In this document: positions 59,393 through 64,000 of the stretch, piece after piece | Layout of the letters: every line of letters starts with the position of its first letter | Position numbering within the stretch: the stretch's first letter is position 1 | Origin: an uncultured Oscillospiraceae bacterium | GTDB taxonomy: Bacteria > Bacillota > Clostridia > Peptostreptococcales > Anaerovoracaceae | Direction of reading: 5' to 3' | Length of the DNA: 64,000 nucleotides | Assembly: GCA_964619315.1 (NCBI GenBank) | Contig: CAZUEH010000004.1 | Span: 24,285 to 88,284 of the forward strand | The notes under the pieces: generated by a model | The model's database searches: none | What the model saw: the letters and a program-made list of their open reading frames with translations, nothing else | What the model was told of the DNA's origin: nothing | Made by a program: the position numbers and the translations under genes

Positions 59393-60039
59393 TATTGTCT
59401 AGTTCCTTTCATTATATTCTCGTAAGCATGCTTAATGTGCTCGCGAATTAGTTCGTCTACTTTTTTCTCGTCTCTACGCTTAAGGGCCTCATAAAGATTC
59501 AAGTGTTCCTTGACGGAATACTTGGTTCTGCCACTTGTATTCAAAGACTCCTGTCTATACTTTAGGAGTTTGTGGTGAATAGGAGACAATATTGATTGGA
59601 AAATAGGGCTTCCAGACGCAACATATATAATGTCATGAAACTCTGTGTCCAAATTTCTAACTTTTTCTGTATTGCCTTTTTCAGAATAAAATTCTTGCTG
59701 ATCTAAAAGGTCTTTTAGCTTTGCCAAATCTTCTTCGGATATATTTGTTGCAGCCATAGTTGTAACAATTGGTTCCAAAAAAGCCTTAACACGGAACATA
59801 TCAGTTACGTCTTGGTCCGTTATTCCCAAAACCACAGTGCCGCAAGGAGAGATTCCAATAAGTCTCTCGTTTTCAAGTCTGGTCATAGCTTCTCTGATAG
59901 GAGTTCTGCTTACGCCTAGTTCTTCGGAAAGTCTAGACTCGCTAAGAACTTCGCCAGTAGCATAGACTTTGTTCAAAATGTTTTTTTCTATTATTTCATA
60001 TACTTGGTTAGCCAAGGATAGTGATTTATAATCTGCCAT
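59392..60039 (-). CDS. GntR-family transcriptional regulator (FadR/FCD subfamily)
   Basis: The 215 aa ORF has the winged-helix sequence LSESRLSEELGVSRTPIREAMTRLENERLI and a helical C-terminal FCD-like domain. It is coupled on both sides within the operon. Confidence 0.8.
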   Translation of the reverse strand: MADYKSLSLANQVYEIIEKNILNKVYATGEVLSESRLSEELGVSRTPIREAMTRLENERLIGISPCGTVVLGITDQDVTDMFRVKAFLEPIVTTMAATNISEEDLAKLKDLLDQQEFYSEKGNTEKVRNLDTEFHDIIYVASGSPIFQSILSPIHHKLLKYRQESLNTSGRTKYSVKEHLNLYEALKRRDEKKVDELIREHIKHAYENIMKGTRQ

Positions 60040-61412
60040 TACTTTATCCCCTTTCCTTTTGTTAATTCGTTTATCTTGTCCTCCATCTCGCTGTTGGCAA
60101 GGCTGGTAGTTCTACCATCTGCATACATTTCGTCAACCCAGGTTTTAAGGGAGGCTACAAGTGGAGAGTCTTTGGTCATTTTCTTGTCTTCCGCGAGACT
60201 ATAATGCTCGTTAATCCAATAAGCAATTCCGGCCAAGCCAGAAGTCTTACTAACGGCAACGCCTGGAGCTCGGTTAAGAATCTTTGCAGTATTAAAAATA
60301 TTATATATTTCTTCGTCTTTCATAAGGCCGTCTGCATGAATTCCAGCTCTTGTTACATTGAAGTTTTCTCCAACATAAGGCGTCATAGGAGGAACGGTGT
60401 AGCCCATTTCAGTTTTAAAATATTCGGCAATTTCAGTTACAACTGTAGGGTCCATTCCGTCAAGAGATCCTTTCAAAGAAGCATATTCAAAGACCATTGC
60501 TTCTAGAGGAACATTACCAGTACGCTCGCCAATGCCAAGAAGTGAGCAGTTAACTGCGCAAGCTCCATACATCCAAGCAGCAGAGGCATTTGCAACAGCT
60601 TTATAAAAGTCGTTATGACCGTGCCACTCAAGCATTTCACTTGGAACTCCTGAATGGTGCTGCAAACCGTAAACAATACCAGATACGCTTCGAGGCAAAG
60701 CCACTTCAGCATATGGAACTCCGTAGCCCATGGTGTCGCAAGCCCTTATTTTGACAGGGATTCCCGCCTCGTTGGACAAGTCCATAATTTCGTTTACGAA
60801 AGGAACAACGAAGCCATAAAAATCCGCTCTGGTTATGTCTTCCAAATGACATCTTGGCACAAGGCCTGCGTCGAAAGCTTCTCTAATTGTTTCGAGATAA
60901 TAATCGGCAGCTTGTCTTCTGGTCATATTCATTTTCTTGAAAATGTGATAGTCACTGCAAGAAACTAAAATGCCTGTTTCACGGATTTCCAAATCTTTAA
61001 CCAGCTGGAAATCTTCTTTCTTTGCTCTTATCCAAGTGGTGATCTCAGGGAACTTCAACCCTAAGTTCATACATTTTTCGATAGCTTCCTGGTCTTTCTT
61101 CGTGTATATAAAGAATTCGGATTGACGTACCAATCCGTAAGGCCCGCTCAGTCTTGAAAGAAGTTTATAAAGGTCAACAATCTGATCAACCGTATACGGC
61201 GCCATAGACTGCTGGCCATCCCTAAATGAAGTGTCTGTAATCCAAATATCCTCAGGCATGTTCATAGGAACTCGTCTGTGGTTAAATGCCAACTTAGGAA
61301 CTTCATCATAATTAAAAACGTCCCTAAAAAGTTTAGGTTCATCCACGTCCTGTAACGTATAGCGATAGACATCCTGTTCTAGCAGGTTTGTTTTCTTAGA
61401 AATTTCAATCAT
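60039..61412 (-). CDS. Re-face citrate synthase-like enzyme (homocitrate/isopropylmalate synthase family, DRE-TIM aldolase)
   Basis: 457 aa, starting at the ATG at 61410-61412 after a GGGGG SD. I rejected the ORF-track extension to 61559. The motif ITDTSFRDGQQS, the HxH metal-ligand region (WHGHND) and the operon with aconitase and IDH all point to the Clostridium kluyveri-type Re-citrate synthase. Confidence 0.6.
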   Translation of the reverse strand: MIEISKKTNLLEQDVYRYTLQDVDEPKLFRDVFNYDEVPKLAFNHRRVPMNMPEDIWITDTSFRDGQQSMAPYTVDQIVDLYKLLSRLSGPYGLVRQSEFFIYTKKDQEAIEKCMNLGLKFPEITTWIRAKKEDFQLVKDLEIRETGILVSCSDYHIFKKMNMTRRQAADYYLETIREAFDAGLVPRCHLEDITRADFYGFVVPFVNEIMDLSNEAGIPVKIRACDTMGYGVPYAEVALPRSVSGIVYGLQHHSGVPSEMLEWHGHNDFYKAVANASAAWMYGACAVNCSLLGIGERTGNVPLEAMVFEYASLKGSLDGMDPTVVTEIAEYFKTEMGYTVPPMTPYVGENFNVTRAGIHADGLMKDEEIYNIFNTAKILNRAPGVAVSKTSGLAGIAYWINEHYSLAEDKKMTKDSPLVASLKTWVDEMYADGRTTSLANSEMEDKINELTKGKGIK

Positions 61413-61474
61413 TGCAGTACCCCCTATTATCTGTCTCAAATATTTCAACGCGTTAAAGCGCAATAACCATACCT

Positions 61475-61530
61475 GTATACAAGTATACCTTTTTTTGAAA
61501 AAACAGTCAAGTTTTTGGGAAATGTATACA
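61475..61530. promoter_or_regulatory. promoter of the Re-citrate synthase operon with three GTATAC palindromes (candidate GntR operators)
   Basis: On the minus strand: -35 TTGACT (plus 61505-61510), a 17 nt spacer, then -10 TATACT (plus 61482-61487). GTATAC occurs at 61475-61480, 61483-61488 and 61524-61529, the last as TGTATACA. Confidence 0.4.
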
Positions 61531-61616
61531 TGATAAAAAACTGCGGAAAAAATCAACAAAAGCCTTGACCTTCCCCCGGGTAGAAGGTATAGAATGTAAC
61601 CACAAAGGGGGATGAA

Positions 61617-62309
61617 ATGAATATAAATCTTAATTGTGAAGATCGAGGTGCAGGGGAACCTCTAATACTCCTTCATGGGAATGGTGGAAGCGGACAATTC
61701 TTCAAACATCAGATGGATTTTTTTTCAAAAGAATATAGGGTAATGGCTATAGACACAAGGGGGCACGGAAAGTCCCCAAGGGGAAATCGGCCATTTACCA
61801 TCAAGCAATTTGCAGAGGATTTGCATAAGTTTATGTGCGAAAGAGGAATCGAGAAAGCCAACCTTTTAGGCTTTTCCGATGGTGGAAACATTGCAATAAC
61901 CTTTGCCTTGAAGTATCCCGACATGGTAGAAAGCCTTATAATCAGCGGCGCCAATTTATATCCACAAGGAGTCAAAGCGTCAGTGCAAGTGCCAATAGTC
62001 ATTTCATATTATCTTATTAAATTTTTTTCCAAGTACAGTAGAAAAAGCGAAAGATTAGGACTTATGGTAAAGCAGCCAGACATCAGGCCTTTAGACCTGG
62101 AAAAATTGCAAATGCCAGCGTTGGTAATGGCGGGAACTAATGATATAATAAAGGAAACACATACGCGCCTCATAAAAGTCAATTTGCCTAACAGCAAACT
62201 ACTTTTCATCAAGGGAGGGCACTCTATTTTGCAAACACAGCACGAAAAAGTTAATAGAGTTGTTGGAAACTTTCTCAAAGAGAAGTCGCAAAATGAAAGG
62301 ATGGAATAA
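61617..62309 (+). CDS. alpha/beta-fold hydrolase
   Basis: The 230 aa ORF has an oxyanion HG motif in LILLHGNGGSG and a nucleophile elbow GFSDGG. Confidence 0.75.
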   Translation: MNINLNCEDRGAGEPLILLHGNGGSGQFFKHQMDFFSKEYRVMAIDTRGHGKSPRGNRPFTIKQFAEDLHKFMCERGIEKANLLGFSDGGNIAITFALKYPDMVESLIISGANLYPQGVKASVQVPIVISYYLIKFFSKYSRKSERLGLMVKQPDIRPLDLEKLQMPALVMAGTNDIIKETHTRLIKVNLPNSKLLFIKGGHSILQTQHEKVNRVVGNFLKEKSQNERME

Positions 62310-63182
62310 ATGTCTATCATAGAAACAAAAAATCTAACGAAATATTACGGGAAAATCCGTGGAATTGAAAATCTCAATTTGGAAGTTAAAGAAGGTGAGT
62401 TTTTCGGCTTCATCGGACCAAACGGTGCAGGAAAGTCAACCGCAATCAGAACCTTGCTAGGGTTAATCAACCCGACATCTGGTGAGGCAGAAGTTTTCGG
62501 CATGCCACTTTCTCGCAAAGACGAATACCTCAAAGAAATTGGATACCTATCCTCGGAGGCGACCTTTTATAATCGAATGAAAGTAGGGGAACTTATCGAT
62601 TATTCTGCCAAACTAAGAGGAAAAGACTGCTCAAGCGAAGCAAAAGTTTTATGCGAAAGACTTGAACTGGACACTAAAAAGAGAATAGACCAATTGTCTT
62701 TAGGAAACAGAAAGAAACTTGGCATAGTTTGCGCCATGCAGCACAAACCAAAGCTATATATAATGGATGAGCCCACCAGTGGCTTAGACCCTCTGATGCA
62801 AAAGGAGTTCTTTGAGCTTCTTCATGAAAGACAAGAAGAAGGTGCCACAGTGTTCTTCTCTTCCCATGTCCTTTCGGAAATACAGCATCATTGCACTAAA
62901 GCAGCAATAATAAGACAAGGAAACTTAGTAGCGGTTGACAGCATAGAGAATCTATCTACTTCCAATGCTAAACAAGTGATCCTTCATGGAGTTTCGACCT
63001 TGCCAGAAAACATCAAAGCCAAATCTGTTGTGGAATCACAGCAGTCAGTTACGTTCTTGTATCAGGGCGAAATCAAAGAATTACTTACAGAAATCTGCCG
63101 CTTGCCAGTGACAGACGTGACAATAAATGAGCCAGAGCTTGAAGAAATCTTCATGCACTACTATGAAAAGGAGGGGAAGTAA
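62310..63182 (+). CDS. ABC transporter ATP-binding protein (ABC-2 exporter type)
   Basis: Walker A GPNGAGKST, signature LSLGNRKK and Walker B YIMDEPTSGLD are present. The start abuts the hydrolase stop. Confidence 0.85.
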   Translation: MSIIETKNLTKYYGKIRGIENLNLEVKEGEFFGFIGPNGAGKSTAIRTLLGLINPTSGEAEVFGMPLSRKDEYLKEIGYLSSEATFYNRMKVGELIDYSAKLRGKDCSSEAKVLCERLELDTKKRIDQLSLGNRKKLGIVCAMQHKPKLYIMDEPTSGLDPLMQKEFFELLHERQEEGATVFFSSHVLSEIQHHCTKAAIIRQGNLVAVDSIENLSTSNAKQVILHGVSTLPENIKAKSVVESQQSVTFLYQGEIKELLTEICRLPVTDVTINEPELEEIFMHYYEKEGK

Positions 63183-63970
63183 TGGTTATTTTCAACAAAG
63201 AAATAAGAAAAAACACAAAGAGCCTTTCCATCTGGACCGCATTTATTGCAGGAACGATGCTTATATGTGTAATGCTATATCCTGAAATGAGAAACCAAAT
63301 GGCGGGGCTTAGCGATATGTTTGCCGACATGGGAGCCTTCACTCAAGCCTTCGGAATGGACCAATTAAACTTTGGAACTCTTATTGGATACTATGGAATA
63401 GAATGTGGAAATGTCTTAGGCCTTGGCGGAGGACTGTTTGCGGCATATCTTGGAATAACAGTTCTTTCTAAAGAGGAAAAAGACCATACTGCTGAATTCT
63501 TATTATCACACCCGGTCAAAAGATCCTCTGTGGTAGCACAAAAATTAGCGGCTACAATTTGTCAAATCCTCGCACTAAACATTATCGTTTTCGCTGTTTC
63601 GGCAGCGTCGATTATAGCTATAGGCGAAGATATCCCGATGAAAGAACTATTGTTACTACATGGAGGGTACTTAATCCTTCAACTTGAAATTGCAACCATC
63701 TGCTTTGGTCTTTCTGCATTTCTTCGCAGAGGAAGCATTGGCATTGGGTTAGGTGGCGCAGCACTGCTATACTTTATGAATATAATTGTAAACCTTAGCG
63801 AAGGCGCTGAATTCTTAAAATATGTAACGCCGTTTGTATATGCAGAGCCGTCAACTGTAATGGAAAACATGTCCTTAGACATGGTGCTGGTAGGCATAGG
63901 AGTGCTATATAGTATAATCTTTGTGGCAATCGGATTCATTCATTATGGTCGCAAAGACATAGCAGCTTAA
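63182..63970 (+). CDS. ABC-2 family transporter permease
   Basis: The 262 aa ORF has about 6 TM segments and is coupled to the ATPase by a 1 nt overlap. Confidence 0.7.
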   Translation: MVIFNKEIRKNTKSLSIWTAFIAGTMLICVMLYPEMRNQMAGLSDMFADMGAFTQAFGMDQLNFGTLIGYYGIECGNVLGLGGGLFAAYLGITVLSKEEKDHTAEFLLSHPVKRSSVVAQKLAATICQILALNIIVFAVSAASIIAIGEDIPMKELLLLHGGYLILQLEIATICFGLSAFLRRGSIGIGLGGAALLYFMNIIVNLSEGAEFLKYVTPFVYAEPSTVMENMSLDMVLVGIGVLYSIIFVAIGFIHYGRKDIAA

Positions 63971-64000
63971 GAAAAAATAATGCAGGACAAATAAAAAAAC

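Noticed and set aside
61413-61559. N-terminal 49-codon extension of the Re-citrate synthase ORF given by the ORF track
   Set aside because: The extension has no SD and overlaps the predicted promoter and operator region. It translates to a hydrophobic, non-homologous sequence. The ATG at 61410-61412 follows a GGGGG SD and starts the conserved sequence MIEISKK.

Overview
This window is the replication-origin region of a low-GC anaerobic Firmicute with Clostridia/Tissierellia-like gene content. The core is the conserved oriC neighbourhood. On the minus strand it runs gdpP-like, rplI, replicative helicase, then soj-spo0J, rsmG-mnmG-mnmE, jag-yidC-yidD-rnpA-rpmH. On the plus strand it runs dnaA-dnaN-recF-gyrB-gyrA. 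oriC is bipartite, with perfect DnaA boxes on both sides of dnaA and a DnaA-trio array plus an AT-rich unwinding element just upstream of dnaN. A perfect parS lies upstream of soj. The left arm carries a complete oxidative L-ornithine (Stickland) degradation cluster: ord-ortA-ortB-oraS-oraE, a GNAT gene, a GlmL-like reactivase and orr. It is driven by a textbook sigma-54 promoter and a PAS-type sigma-54 activator. The left arm also holds a stand-alone RND pump with a long coiled-coil insertion, rplM-rpsI with a structured leader, cca, an EamA transporter, a COG2984-type ABC importer with an attenuator-like leader, an IS3 scar next to an EAL gene, an M23 peptidase and a DnaD-like gene. The right arm carries an anti-sigma/sigma pair and trpS directly behind gyrA. 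It also has a head-on minus-strand block: split MetH plus activation protein plus MetF, a LarC1-only gene, and a Re-citrate synthase/GntR/aconitase/isocitrate dehydrogenase operon. It ends with a hydrolase and an ABC-2 exporter. I saw no rRNA, tRNA, CRISPR array or recognisable defence island. The most novel-looking signals are four. First, a Tyr-Phe-rich leader peptide plus intrinsic terminator sits ahead of the ABC importer. Second, two unrelated B12-enzyme reactivation proteins end in the same Cys-rich C-terminal motif (C-x3/4-C-x2-C-x4-C-x2-REE). Third, a DnaD-like protein is fused to a helicase-loader N-terminal module with no AAA+ domain. Fourth, the RND pump has a built-in coiled coil. 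All functional calls rest on my own recognition of translated motifs and synteny. No database search was run.
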